Shown piece by piece: positions 10,491 to 20,103 of a DNA stretch of 64,000 nucleotides. The first letter of the stretch is position 1; each line of letters starts with the position of its first letter. The stretch comes from Gammaproteobacteria bacterium TMED78 (GTDB lineage: Bacteria; Pseudomonadota; Gammaproteobacteria; Steroidobacterales; Rariloculaceae). Where the stretch lies: positions 254,634 through 318,633 of the forward strand of contig NHEF01000010.1 in NCBI GenBank assembly GCA_002171615.1, in the 5' to 3' direction. The notes under the pieces are model-generated. The model searched no databases. It was not told the origin of the DNA and saw nothing but the letters and a program-made list of their open reading frames with translations. Both the position numbers and the translations under genes were made by a program.

Positions 10491-11747
10491 ATGAAAACTA
10501 CTAATGATCAGAAAGAGCTACTTGACAGGCTTCTAAGAGGAGATCTACCAGACAAAGAGGGTAGGTTTGGCCCCTTCGGCGGGAGATATGTCCCTGAAAC
10601 TCTAATGCCTGCAATAAATAAATTAACTGATGGTGTCTTAAGGCTTCTGCCATCTGAGAATTTTAAAAAGAGGCTTAACTATGAATTAAAATCATGGGTA
10701 GGAAGGCCTACAGCCATGACAAATGCAAAAGCTTTATCTGAGTTATGGGGCTCAGAGGTGTGGCTTAAAAGAGAAGACTTAGCACATACGGGTGCTCATA
10801 AAATTAATAACGCTATTGGTCAAGCCATACTTGCTCAAGAGCTAGGCGCAACAAGAATAGTAGCTGAGACAGGAGCGGGACAGCATGGAGTTGCTTCAGC
10901 TGCTGCTTGCGCAAGACTTGGGCTTCCATGCACAGTATATATGGGTCAAATTGATATAGAAAGACAAGCTCCTAATGTAGAGAGAATGTACCGCCTTGGA
11001 GCAAAAGTAGTTCCTGTAACCTCAGGGGATAGTACATTAAGAGCCGCTATTGATGAGGCGATGAGAGATTGGGTTTCTGATCCAGTTAACACGCATTATA
11101 TAATTGGCTCAGCAGTTGGGGCTCATCCATACCCTTATCTTGTTCGTGAACTTCAATCTATAATTGGGAAAGAAGCTAAATCTCAATTGGAAGAAATAGC
11201 TGGCTTACCAGATGCTATTTTTGCCTGTGTTGGAGGAGGATCGAATGCTATAGGACTTTTTCATCCTTTCCTTGGTGATAAAAACATAAAACTCATTGGG
11301 ATTGAGGCTGGTGGAAAAGGAAAAAAACTAGGTGATAATGCCGCAACATTGAGTTCTGGAAATAAAACTGGAGTTCTTCATGGTGCACAATCTATATTAC
11401 TATACGATGAAAATGGCCAGATACAAGAGACTCATTCTGTTTCTGCTGGCTTGGACTATCCTGGTGTTGGCCCAGAACATTCTTTTCTTAAGTATGTAGG
11501 AAGAGTTGAATACAAAAATGCAACAGATAGTGAAGCATTAGATGCGCTAAAGGAATGTTGCTCATTAGAAGGAATACTTCCTGCGCTTGAAACTGCTCAT
11601 GCTTTGGCTGGTGCAAAGAAATGGTCAAGTCAGAATAAAGGAAGTAGAATATTAATTGGTATGTCTGGAAGAGGTGATAAGGATATGCCAATCTTAAGAA
11701 AGTACATTGGTATTGATAAGGATGATAAACCAAATGCTACCGTATAA
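10491..11747 (+). CDS. trpB: Tryptophan synthase beta chain
   Basis: Motifs KREDLAHTGAHKINN (PLP lysine), ETGAGQHG, CVGGGSN and AGLDYPGVGPEH. Confidence 0.97.
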   Translation: MKTTNDQKELLDRLLRGDLPDKEGRFGPFGGRYVPETLMPAINKLTDGVLRLLPSENFKKRLNYELKSWVGRPTAMTNAKALSELWGSEVWLKREDLAHTGAHKINNAIGQAILAQELGATRIVAETGAGQHGVASAAACARLGLPCTVYMGQIDIERQAPNVERMYRLGAKVVPVTSGDSTLRAAIDEAMRDWVSDPVNTHYIIGSAVGAHPYPYLVRELQSIIGKEAKSQLEEIAGLPDAIFACVGGGSNAIGLFHPFLGDKNIKLIGIEAGGKGKKLGDNAATLSSGNKTGVLHGAQSILLYDENGQIQETHSVSAGLDYPGVGPEHSFLKYVGRVEYKNATDSEALDALKECCSLEGILPALETAHALAGAKKWSSQNKGSRILIGMSGRGDKDMPILRKYIGIDKDDKPNATV

Positions 11748-12498
11748 AAAACTTCAAGGTGCATTAAATAGTTCTCAAGGAACTGCTCTGATCCCATTTA
11801 TCACAGCAGGTTATCCTACATGCAATAGCTTTCTAAAAAACTTAGAAGAAATCAGCCAAATAGCAGATGCTATAGAAATAGGTGTTCCATTCACTGATCC
11901 ACTTGCTGACGGAGTAACAGTTCAAAAGGCTAGCTTCCAAGCTCTAAAAAATGGAGTAAGCCTATCCTGGATATTTGACCAGCTATCAAATAAAAAATTT
12001 GAGATTAAAATACCTTTACTACTTATGAGTTATCTCAATCCGCTCTATGCATTTGGGTTTGATAGATTGGCTAAATATGCAAAAAATAATAATATAAATG
12101 GCATCATAGTACCAGATTTACCATTTGAAGAATGTGAGCCCCTTAAACGTTCGTTAGATAAAGAAGGTATAGCTTTAGTTCAACTAGTTAGTCCTGAAAC
12201 ACCAGTTGATAGATTAGAAACTATTTGCAAAAAAAGTAGGGGATTTGTATATGCTGTGACAAGAACAGGTATTACTGGAAAAGAAACCTCATTACCAAAA
12301 AATTTAACTAATTATTTAGATACTGTAAAAGAATTATCTCCAATTCCTGTTTGTGCAGGATTTGGCGTAAGAAAAAGAGAGCAAGTCAAGCTTATATCAA
12401 AACATGCTGATGGTGTAATAGTTGGATCAGCCCTACTCAAGATTATTGAAGGAAATAAAGATATTGTTAAATTTCTTAGCAGCTTAAAAGATTTTTAG
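11734..12498 (+). CDS. trpA: Tryptophan synthase alpha chain
   Basis: Motifs IPFITAGYP, EIGVPFTDPLADG, MSYLNP, AGFGV and DGVIVGSA. Start placed at ATG 11734; ATG 11722 is also possible. Confidence 0.95.
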   Translation: MLPYKKLQGALNSSQGTALIPFITAGYPTCNSFLKNLEEISQIADAIEIGVPFTDPLADGVTVQKASFQALKNGVSLSWIFDQLSNKKFEIKIPLLLMSYLNPLYAFGFDRLAKYAKNNNINGIIVPDLPFEECEPLKRSLDKEGIALVQLVSPETPVDRLETICKKSRGFVYAVTRTGITGKETSLPKNLTNYLDTVKELSPIPVCAGFGVRKREQVKLISKHADGVIVGSALLKIIEGNKDIVKFLSSLKDF

Positions 12499-12523
12499 CT
12501 TTAAAATAATTTAAATAGCATAA

Positions 12524-12835
12524 ATGATAAAATTAACATCAGGTGATTCTATTTTTGATATAAAACACTTAGAAAACCTACTAAAGGCTAATGGCATTGA
12601 ATGTATTATTAAAAATGAACATTTAGTAGGAGGCCTAGGAGAAATACCATTTATAGAATGTCTACCTGAATTATGGCTAATTGATGATAAGAAATTAAAA
12701 TACTCAAAAGAAATAATTTCTAACGCACATAAGCTTCATAAAAAGAATGTAGAATGGTGCTGTAAAAAATGTAACGAAATAAACGAATATCAGTTTGCTA
12801 TTTGCTGGAAATGTGAAGAAGAGAATCATGAATAA
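12524..12835 (+). CDS. DUF2007-family protein with C-terminal RanBP2-like zinc ribbon
   Basis: LLKANGIEC and GEIPFIECLPELW, then W-x-C-x2-C...C-W-x-C. Confidence 0.75.
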   Translation: MIKLTSGDSIFDIKHLENLLKANGIECIIKNEHLVGGLGEIPFIECLPELWLIDDKKLKYSKEIISNAHKLHKKNVEWCCKKCNEINEYQFAICWKCEEENHE

Positions 12836-13565
12836 CAATAAAAAAATAACTGCCTCTATCCTAATAATAGGAAATGAAATACTTTCTGGTAAAACACAAG
12901 ATACAAATTTAAAATATCTTGGGCTAGAATTAGCTACTCTAGGGATTAATCTAGTTGAAGTAAGGGTTCTTCCTGATGAAGAAGATATTATTATTTCTAC
13001 ACTAAATTTTTGTAGATCAAAATATAACTATGTATTCACAACAGGAGGGATTGGGCCTACCCACGATGATATAACTGCTAAATGTGTTGCAAAGGCTTTT
13101 AATAGAAATCTATTAGTAAATGAAGAAGCTGTAAAAAGGCTAATGAGCAATCCAAATAAAAATTATGAATTAAATGAAGCTAGAATGAAAATGGCTACAT
13201 TACCATCTGGAGCAAATTTAATTGACAATCCCGTTAGCTATGCACCCGGATTTAATTTAGATAATGTATATGTTTTAGCTGGTATCCCTAGTGTAGCTAA
13301 AGCAATGTTTGAAACTTTTAAGCATAAGCTTGAAACTAATGACCCTATCGAATCTGATAGTATTGATATATATCTTAGAGAAGGAGATATAGCTGAGCCA
13401 CTTAGCATCATAGCTAAAAAATATTCTTATGTTGATATAGGAAGCTATCCATTTTCTAAGGATGGTAAATATGGCGCTACAATTGTAGTAAGGGGAACAG
13501 ATAAAGAATTAATTAAAAAAGTAATAGATGAGGTATTCAATATTATGGATAAGATTACTTCCTAA
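12828..13565 (+). CDS. CinA-like molybdopterin-binding-domain protein
   Basis: Motifs IIGNEILSGKTQDTN, TTGGIGPTHDDIT and LAGIP. ATG at 12828 overlaps the upstream stop. Confidence 0.88.
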   Translation: MNNNKKITASILIIGNEILSGKTQDTNLKYLGLELATLGINLVEVRVLPDEEDIIISTLNFCRSKYNYVFTTGGIGPTHDDITAKCVAKAFNRNLLVNEEAVKRLMSNPNKNYELNEARMKMATLPSGANLIDNPVSYAPGFNLDNVYVLAGIPSVAKAMFETFKHKLETNDPIESDSIDIYLREGDIAEPLSIIAKKYSYVDIGSYPFSKDGKYGATIVVRGTDKELIKKVIDEVFNIMDKITS

Positions 13566-15183
13566 ATTTAATAAGATAACTCAAAACTCCAATACCTATA
13601 ATTAAATATCCAATCCAATTAGGATCTAAACCAAGGATCAGCCAAGCAAAACCAGAAATAAAGAATATCATAGCTGGAAATACTCTACCTTCTAATGACA
13701 CTGACTCGACATGTCTATGGTCTTTCATTAAATCACTGTCACTCATTCTTTCTTTATTTAATTTAGATTGTTTTATATATATCTGAAAATCTGAAAATAG
13801 CTGAATAAAATCTTCACTTATTCCTGGCCATCTCTTAGCAATATCTTTTATATGAGATCTAATACTAGTTCTTTCTTTCATCCAGCTTTCAAGATAAGGC
13901 TTAGCTGTCTGCCATAAGTCTAAATCTGGGTAAAGCTGCCTCCCTAAGCCTTCAATATTCAGAAGAGTTTTCTGTAAAAGTACTAACTGGGGCTGTACTC
14001 GCATATCAAATCTTCTAGCTGTATCAAAAAGTCTTAGGAGTACTAGCCCAAAAGAAATATCTTTCAAAGGTTTATTAAAAATAGGCTCGCATACTGACCT
14101 TATAGCTGCTTCAAACTCATCGACTCTAGTATTTGCTGGCACCCAACCAGAATCAACATGAAGCTTTGCTACTCTATAATAATCATTGTTAAAAAAAGCT
14201 AAAAAATTACCAGCAAGGTAATGCTGATCACTTCTACTTAAGCTACCTACTATTCCAAAATCAATTGCGACATACCTAGGATTCTGTGGATCTGCATTAT
14301 CAATAAAAATATTTCCTGGATGCATATCGGCATGAAAGAAATTATCTCTAAAAACCTGCGTAAAGAAAATCTCAACGCCATTTTCAGCTAATTTTTTTAT
14401 ATTAGTTTTAGATCTTTTAAGTTCATCTATATCGCTTATAGGAATGCCTTTAACTCTTTCCATAACCATTATATTTGATCTACAGTAATCCCAATATACT
14501 TTCGGAACATAAAGCATATCCGAATTATCAAAATTTCTTCTTAACTGATTTGCATTCGAAGCTTCTAGCATTAAATCAAGCTCCTTATTAAGGGTTTTAT
14601 CAAACTCATCCACAACCTCATTTAGCCTTAATCTTCTTCCATCTTTCCAGTGCTTATCAACAATTGAGGCAATTAAATATAGAAGATCAATATCCTTCTT
14701 AATGTCTCCCTTAACTCCAGGCCTTAAGATCTTAACTACTACCTCCTGACCTGTTTTCATTTTAGCTAAGTGGACCTGTGCAACTGATGCGGCTGCAAGT
14801 GGCTCCCTAATAAATTCCTCAAACACTTCTTCTACAGGAGAATTATATGCAGCCTCCAATATTTTAATGCTTTCTTCTGAATCAAAAGGTGGAACCTTAT
14901 CTTGGAGCTTAACTAATTCATTAATAATTTCTATTGGAAAAAAATCACCCCTGGTAGATACTGCTTGACCAAATTTAACAAAAATTGGCCCTAGTTCTTC
15001 TAATGTTTTTCTAATTCTAATACCTAATGGAGTATTATTTTTTTTTCTAGGAACTAAACTCAAGATATTAGCAAATGGTCTAAAAACTAACCTCCAAAGA
15101 TAGAGGTCTAAGCCATATTTATATAGTATTTTATGAATAGAAATAATTCTAATAAGTAAACTAAATTTCATTCTAATCTTCAT
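13555..15183 (-). CDS. ubiB: Ubiquinone biosynthesis kinase-like protein
   Basis: Motifs LGPIFVKFGQ, LAAASVAQVH, FFHADMHPGN and DFGIVG. Follows ubiE-ubiJ. Confidence 0.96.
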   Translation of the reverse strand: MKIRMKFSLLIRIISIHKILYKYGLDLYLWRLVFRPFANILSLVPRKKNNTPLGIRIRKTLEELGPIFVKFGQAVSTRGDFFPIEIINELVKLQDKVPPFDSEESIKILEAAYNSPVEEVFEEFIREPLAAASVAQVHLAKMKTGQEVVVKILRPGVKGDIKKDIDLLYLIASIVDKHWKDGRRLRLNEVVDEFDKTLNKELDLMLEASNANQLRRNFDNSDMLYVPKVYWDYCRSNIMVMERVKGIPISDIDELKRSKTNIKKLAENGVEIFFTQVFRDNFFHADMHPGNIFIDNADPQNPRYVAIDFGIVGSLSRSDQHYLAGNFLAFFNNDYYRVAKLHVDSGWVPANTRVDEFEAAIRSVCEPIFNKPLKDISFGLVLLRLFDTARRFDMRVQPQLVLLQKTLLNIEGLGRQLYPDLDLWQTAKPYLESWMKERTSIRSHIKDIAKRWPGISEDFIQLFSDFQIYIKQSKLNKERMSDSDLMKDHRHVESVSLEGRVFPAMIFFISGFAWLILGLDPNWIGYLIIGIGVLSYLIKFRK

Positions 15184-15770
15184 CCCTCTTTATATACTTT
15201 CTCAAAAGATAAAATTAGCCTTTCTACATCATCTCTTATTACATCAACTTCGTTAAAAAAACTATTTACCTCATTTTTTGAAGGTAATGTCCTGCTTTCT
15301 TCTTGAAAATACTCCTTCATATTAATAATAAGCTTATCGTGAATATTTTTTTTATACTGAAATAATTTTTTAAATAAATTTTTAGAATCATTAATAGCTA
15401 AGTCGCCAAATATTTCTGATAAATAATATTCTATATCTGGTATTAAAAGATTAAATAATCTATAAGCATCTTCTAATATTGCTGCATCTCCTTCTATAGT
15501 AATTCGGTTTAAATCCTTTCCATTAGAGTATAGGAAATTTAATAATGAAAGAGGATACCCTGAAACAGATACTTCTACCTCTTCATCATATGCTTCTAAT
15601 AAATAAATTTTACTATTTTTAAAAATTATAAATATCCTAAAATTAATAGCCATGATTTCAATTAGTATTGCTTTATTTCCAATATTTGAAATAATTTCTC
15701 TTGCTGAAAATGATTCTACGATCTGATTATTCAGATACTCTTCCAAGGCATTTAAAATTTCTTTATTCAT
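15180..15770 (-). CDS. ubiJ: Ubiquinone biosynthesis accessory factor (SCP2 domain)
   Basis: Lies between ubiE and ubiB. Motifs ITIEGD, PDIEYYLSEIFGD, EYFQEE and VDVIRDDVERL. Start placed at ATG 15770. Confidence 0.8.
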   Translation of the reverse strand: MNKEILNALEEYLNNQIVESFSAREIISNIGNKAILIEIMAINFRIFIIFKNSKIYLLEAYDEEVEVSVSGYPLSLLNFLYSNGKDLNRITIEGDAAILEDAYRLFNLLIPDIEYYLSEIFGDLAINDSKNLFKKLFQYKKNIHDKLIINMKEYFQEESRTLPSKNEVNSFFNEVDVIRDDVERLILSFEKVYKEG

Positions 15771-15774
15771 TTTC

Positions 15775-16539
15775 TTATATTCGAAATCCAATATGTAATG
15801 AAACTATCCCGGAAGATAAATTATAGTATTTACAGTTCTCGAATCCATTTTGCTCCATCATTTTTTTAAGATCGTCTTGGTTAGGATGACGCCTAATTGA
15901 CTCTACTAAATATTCATAACTACTCTTATCACTTAAAACAAATTCTCCTATCTTTGGGAGAATATTGAAACTATAAAAATCATACAGTTTTTCTAGTAGG
16001 CCTAAATTTGCTTTAGAAAACTCTAAAATTAATAATCTTCCTCCTGGTTTTAGAGCATTAAACATTGAAGAGAGCGCTAAAGGCTTGTCTGTTACATTTC
16101 TTAGGCCAAATCCTATAGTTATACAATCAAAAGCGAATGAACTGAATGGTAAGTTTTCAGCATCAGCCTGAACGAATGAAATATTCTTAAATGCACTAGA
16201 ATCTATAGCTTTGTCTCTTCCTATTTCTAACATATTAGCATTGATATCAGTAGCAAAGATTTTACCTTTGCTACCTACTTGCTTAGATAAACTTATTGCT
16301 AAGTCACAACTTCCTGCCGCTACGTCAAGAGCGATATTGCCACTCCTCAATGCTGTGTGTCTCAAAGCTACTTTTTTCCATACCCTATGTAAACCAAAAG
16401 ACATTAGATCGTTCATTAAATCATACTTTTGGTGCACAGAGTCAAAAACAGAATAAACTCTACCCTTCTTTTCTTTCCACTTTACTTTTTGATATCCAAA
16501 GTCAGTAAAATCATTAATTTTATTTTTTTTCTTTCCCAA
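15775..16539 (-). CDS. ubiE: Ubiquinone/menaquinone C-methyltransferase
   Basis: Motifs VFDSV-x2-KYDLMNDLMSFGLHRVWK, FGLRNVT and YEYLVESIR. Confidence 0.96.
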   Translation of the reverse strand: MGKKKNKINDFTDFGYQKVKWKEKKGRVYSVFDSVHQKYDLMNDLMSFGLHRVWKKVALRHTALRSGNIALDVAAGSCDLAISLSKQVGSKGKIFATDINANMLEIGRDKAIDSSAFKNISFVQADAENLPFSSFAFDCITIGFGLRNVTDKPLALSSMFNALKPGGRLLILEFSKANLGLLEKLYDFYSFNILPKIGEFVLSDKSSYEYLVESIRRHPNQDDLKKMMEQNGFENCKYYNLSSGIVSLHIGFRI

Positions 16540-16879
16540 TATTAGCTATCCTATCCTTATACCTTTTCCAATTTTTCTGATAATTTATACCAAGATCATA
16601 AATGAATGGCCAAGTATATATCCCAGTATTATGTCCGTCATCAAAAATTAATCTAATAGCATATGAACCCACAGGCTCAATCTCATTAATCTGGACATCT
16701 TCCTTGCCAGTTACTAAAATATTTTCACCTCCATGGTGCCCTCTAACCTCTGCTGAAGGCGAGAATACCCGTAAGTATGTACAAGAAAGTAGAAAAATAT
16801 TTCCATCTAAAAATGATGCTTCTATTTTTTTGTCTCTCTTTAAAAGCTTTATTCTTTGTAGCACAGGAGGTTCATTCAT
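16520..16879 (-). CDS. DUF971 / GBBH-like N-terminal domain protein
   Basis: Motifs YLRVFSPSAEVRGH, VGSYAI and FDDGHNTGIYTW. Typical position upstream of ubiE. Confidence 0.88.
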   Translation of the reverse strand: MNEPPVLQRIKLLKRDKKIEASFLDGNIFLLSCTYLRVFSPSAEVRGHHGGENILVTGKEDVQINEIEPVGSYAIRLIFDDGHNTGIYTWPFIYDLGINYQKNWKRYKDRIANIGKEKK

Positions 16880-16889
16880 ATTTCTTAAT

Positions 16890-17792
16890 CTATTTTTTTG
16901 CTCTAGGATGAGACTTATCATATGCCTGAGCTAAATGCTGAAAATTTAGATGAGTATAAATCTGAGTAGAAGAAATACTTGAATGGCCCAATAGTTCTTG
17001 AACAGCTCGCAAATCAGAACTTGATTCCAAAATATGTGTTGCGAATGAATGTCTTAACATATGAGGATGAACATCAAAACCTAGCCCAATCTTCCTAGAC
17101 CAAACCTTAAGTCTAAGCTGTATCGCTCTAGGTGAAATTCTTGTACCTCTTTTAGATATAAATAGTGCTTTTTCTTTCTTCATTTTTACAATTTCTCTCT
17201 TGATTAACCATTCCTTTATAGCTCTAATAGCATACTTACCAACAGGTACGATTCTAATTTTATTACCCTTTCCTAAAACTCTAACAACTCTATCATCTAG
17301 ATCTATATCTAAAAGATCAAGACCTACAACTTCGGATAATCTTAATCCGGATGAGTAAAATAATTCTAGAATAGCTCTATCTCTTATAGTTAAAAAATCA
17401 TTTCCTTTTAATGAAAGCAAACTTGTGACTTGATCGGCATCTAGTGTTGAAGGCAATCTCTTTGGTATCTTAGGCGCTTGTACATCTTTTGCAGGATTAG
17501 ATGGAATTGAGTGGTTATCTACTAAAAAATCTAGGAGACTTCGAATAGATGATAACTTCCTTGAAATAGTCTTAGGAGTTAATCCTCTGCGGTGAGAAAA
17601 TGAAAGATATGATCTAATTATATACTCATCTATCTGATTTATTTGATTGATTGAATCAGAGCAATAGTCTATGAATTGGTCAATATCTCTTCCATATGCA
17701 TCTATTGTGTTAGAGGAAAATCTCCTTTCAGAAGAAATTTTCTTTAAAAAATTATTCTTATGAGAATCAAAATGGGAAGTATCTTTATTCAT
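16890..17792 (-). CDS. xerC: Tyrosine recombinase XerC
   Basis: Motifs RDRAILELFYSSGLRLSE, GKGNK, HPHMLRHSFATH, LLGH and TQIYTH. dapF-DUF484-xerC context. Start placed at ATG 17792. Confidence 0.93.
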   Translation of the reverse strand: MNKDTSHFDSHKNNFLKKISSERRFSSNTIDAYGRDIDQFIDYCSDSINQINQIDEYIIRSYLSFSHRRGLTPKTISRKLSSIRSLLDFLVDNHSIPSNPAKDVQAPKIPKRLPSTLDADQVTSLLSLKGNDFLTIRDRAILELFYSSGLRLSEVVGLDLLDIDLDDRVVRVLGKGNKIRIVPVGKYAIRAIKEWLIKREIVKMKKEKALFISKRGTRISPRAIQLRLKVWSRKIGLGFDVHPHMLRHSFATHILESSSDLRAVQELLGHSSISSTQIYTHLNFQHLAQAYDKSHPRAKK

Positions 17793-18498
17793 TATTATAT
17801 TCAGAATTAGAAAGGATTGCATAAATAAGCTCTCCCAAACTAGATAAAATATCCGTACTAAGACTAGGATTAAAATAATCCTTATCTTCGCTTCCAATTG
17901 CTAAAAATCCTAATTTAAGTTTAGAGCCTATAGGTATAAGGGCAGCCGAATTAATTTCTTTCTCATTACCGAAAAGAAAATCTCTTTGGTCATCCTTTAT
18001 TGCTCCACACCTTGGCTGCCCTGACTCAAAAAAGCTAGCAAATGAGTCTAATTTTTTATGATCTCTAGAAACAAGCTTTATAAATCCTTTTTTTTCATAT
18101 GAAAGTACTTTGTTATTAATTGAAGAAAAAATAATTATAACTGCTGATGCAATTGAGAATCCTTGATGTAAAAAACGATCAATCAAATCCATTCTTTTTA
18201 CTAAATTATTCTCGATAATCTGCTTTAAATAAAGTTTATGAATCTTCTTTAAAAAAAATTCATTTTTCTCTCCTGCTATAATAATATTTTCTAGTTCCTT
18301 CTTATATTTTAAATTCTGAGCTTTAAGTATAGCCACCTGGCGCTCGACTAAGGACACAGAACCTTGTTGGGAATCATAACTAAGATTAATTTTTTCTAAT
18401 AAACGTGGATGATCATTAAAAATATCAGGGTTTTGGTCCAAGAAAGCATCTATGTCATTCAGAGCCTTCTCTTTCTTATTAGATTCTTCACCCTTCAT
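17785..18498 (-). CDS. DUF484 (YigA-like) protein
   Basis: FL-x2-NPDIF, VSLVERQV and SAALIP...GS-x5-F. Lies between dapF and xerC. Confidence 0.85.
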   Translation of the reverse strand: MKGEESNKKEKALNDIDAFLDQNPDIFNDHPRLLEKINLSYDSQQGSVSLVERQVAILKAQNLKYKKELENIIIAGEKNEFFLKKIHKLYLKQIIENNLVKRMDLIDRFLHQGFSIASAVIIIFSSINNKVLSYEKKGFIKLVSRDHKKLDSFASFFESGQPRCGAIKDDQRDFLFGNEKEINSAALIPIGSKLKLGFLAIGSEDKDYFNPSLSTDILSSLGELIYAILSNSEYNNE

Positions 18499-19321
18499 AA
18501 TTTATTTCCCCATCATTACAATAATTTGTCTTACCTGTTAACCATAATTGATCTAGTAAACTTGGCCATGACACCGCAAGCTCTCCTCCTAGCATAGTAA
18601 CTTTGACTTTTTCATTTAGATCATAATATTTTATTCCTACTGCTACTGCTGCCACTGCCCCAGTTCCACATGCAAGTGTCTCTCCTACTCCTCTTTCAAA
18701 TACCCTAAGTGTAATTAATTCCTTATTTATAATTTTCATAAATCCAACATTTACACCCTCTGGAAAAAGGTTTTTTTCATTTTGAAAAAAATAGCTTATA
18801 TCTTCCAAATTTTTATCTCCTAAACCATCATTCAGAACTACTATATGAGGATTACCTACTGACAATACAGAGTATTTTAAAGATATTTCTTTAAAATTAG
18901 TTATATAAATATCTTTTTTGTCGTTATAAAAAAAAGGTAAAGACTTGGGATTAAAATCAGGAATCCCTAGGGAAATAGTTACGTTTGAATCTTTAAGTAC
19001 TAATGCCTCTACATCACCAGAAACAGATTCCAATTTGATATTTTTTTTGTCTTTTTTTTTGCTCAAATACTTAGCAACACACCTTGCCCCATTTCCACAT
19101 TGCTCTGCTTTAGATCCATCTGCATTAAAAATATAATACTTAGCATCTGCAGAGATTTTTGAAGCCTCTCGAATGATCATTAACTGATCAAATCCTATTC
19201 CTATTTCAGCGTTAGACCAATTACATACTGTGTTTGAATCTGGTAGCTCTAATGATTCAGGCCATTCAATAATTGCGAAAGAGTTGCCTGCCGCGGCCAT
19301 TTTTGTATATCTCATATTCAT
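18488..19321 (-). CDS. dapF: Diaminopimelate epimerase
   Basis: Motifs NADGSKAEQCGNGARC, VGNPH and ERGVGETLACGTGA. Start at ATG 19321 or 19315. Confidence 0.94.
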   Translation of the reverse strand: MNMRYTKMAAAGNSFAIIEWPESLELPDSNTVCNWSNAEIGIGFDQLMIIREASKISADAKYYIFNADGSKAEQCGNGARCVAKYLSKKKDKKNIKLESVSGDVEALVLKDSNVTISLGIPDFNPKSLPFFYNDKKDIYITNFKEISLKYSVLSVGNPHIVVLNDGLGDKNLEDISYFFQNEKNLFPEGVNVGFMKIINKELITLRVFERGVGETLACGTGAVAAVAVGIKYYDLNEKVKVTMLGGELAVSWPSLLDQLWLTGKTNYCNDGEINYEG

Positions 19322-19444
19322 AATCCAATAAGATAACATCAAATTAGTAAAATATAATTAAAATACACGTAAAGATGTAATTTTATAAGTAATTTACTAC
19401 TAAATATTAGACTTGTCATACGAATATGTATTAAAGTAATAATT

Positions 19445-20071
19445 ATGAGAAAAATTCTAGTTACTAATAATAAAGGAGGCTGTGGAAAAAGTACGTTGGC
19501 TACCAATCTATCAGCATATTTCGCAAATGAGGGCAATTATACGGCCTTAGCTGACTATGATGAACAAAGATCATCTTTATCATGGCTCGAGAATCGTCCA
19601 GATAAATTTTCGAATATTCTTAGCATAAATGGATGCACTGATGGGCTAAAATTTTTACCTAAAAATGTAGAATGGCTTGTCATAGATGCTCCAGCGAGAG
19701 CTTCAAGTAAAGAGTTAACCTACTTAGTCAACCATGTTGACACTATTTTAGTTCCTGTAATGCCATCCCCAATAGACATGCAAGCATCCTCTCATTATAT
19801 TTCTGAACTACTTAGCAAAAGTAAAATAAAAAATAGAAAAACAAAAGTAGCTTTAATTGCTAATAGAGTTAAAGAAAACACGATTATCTTTGATGAGCTC
19901 GATGATTACCTTGAAAATTATAAAATACCCTATATTGCAACCCTTAGAGAAACTCATAATTACATCAAATCTTTCCAAAAAGGGATAGGCATCCATGAGA
20001 TGCCTCCTTATATAGCATGGAAAGACTGGGAGCAATGGGAGCCCCTAATTGAATGGCTAGATAATTGCTGA
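19445..20071 (+). CDS. Orphan ParA/MinD-family ATPase
   Basis: Deviant Walker A KGGCGKST, plus DYDEQRS, IDAP and PVMPSPID. No adjacent parB. Confidence 0.85.
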   Translation: MRKILVTNNKGGCGKSTLATNLSAYFANEGNYTALADYDEQRSSLSWLENRPDKFSNILSINGCTDGLKFLPKNVEWLVIDAPARASSKELTYLVNHVDTILVPVMPSPIDMQASSHYISELLSKSKIKNRKTKVALIANRVKENTIIFDELDDYLENYKIPYIATLRETHNYIKSFQKGIGIHEMPPYIAWKDWEQWEPLIEWLDNC

Positions 20072-20103
20072 TCCATAAAAGGAAAAAGCCCTATCTTTAT
20101 TAT

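Noticed and set aside
16890-17792. Phage or island integrase
   Set aside because: The dapF-DUF484-xerC context is housekeeping, and there are no att sites or cargo genes.
19345-19399. Imperfect inverted repeat between dapF and the orphan parA
   Set aside because: It is almost entirely A/T with several mismatches, which is expected by chance at this composition.
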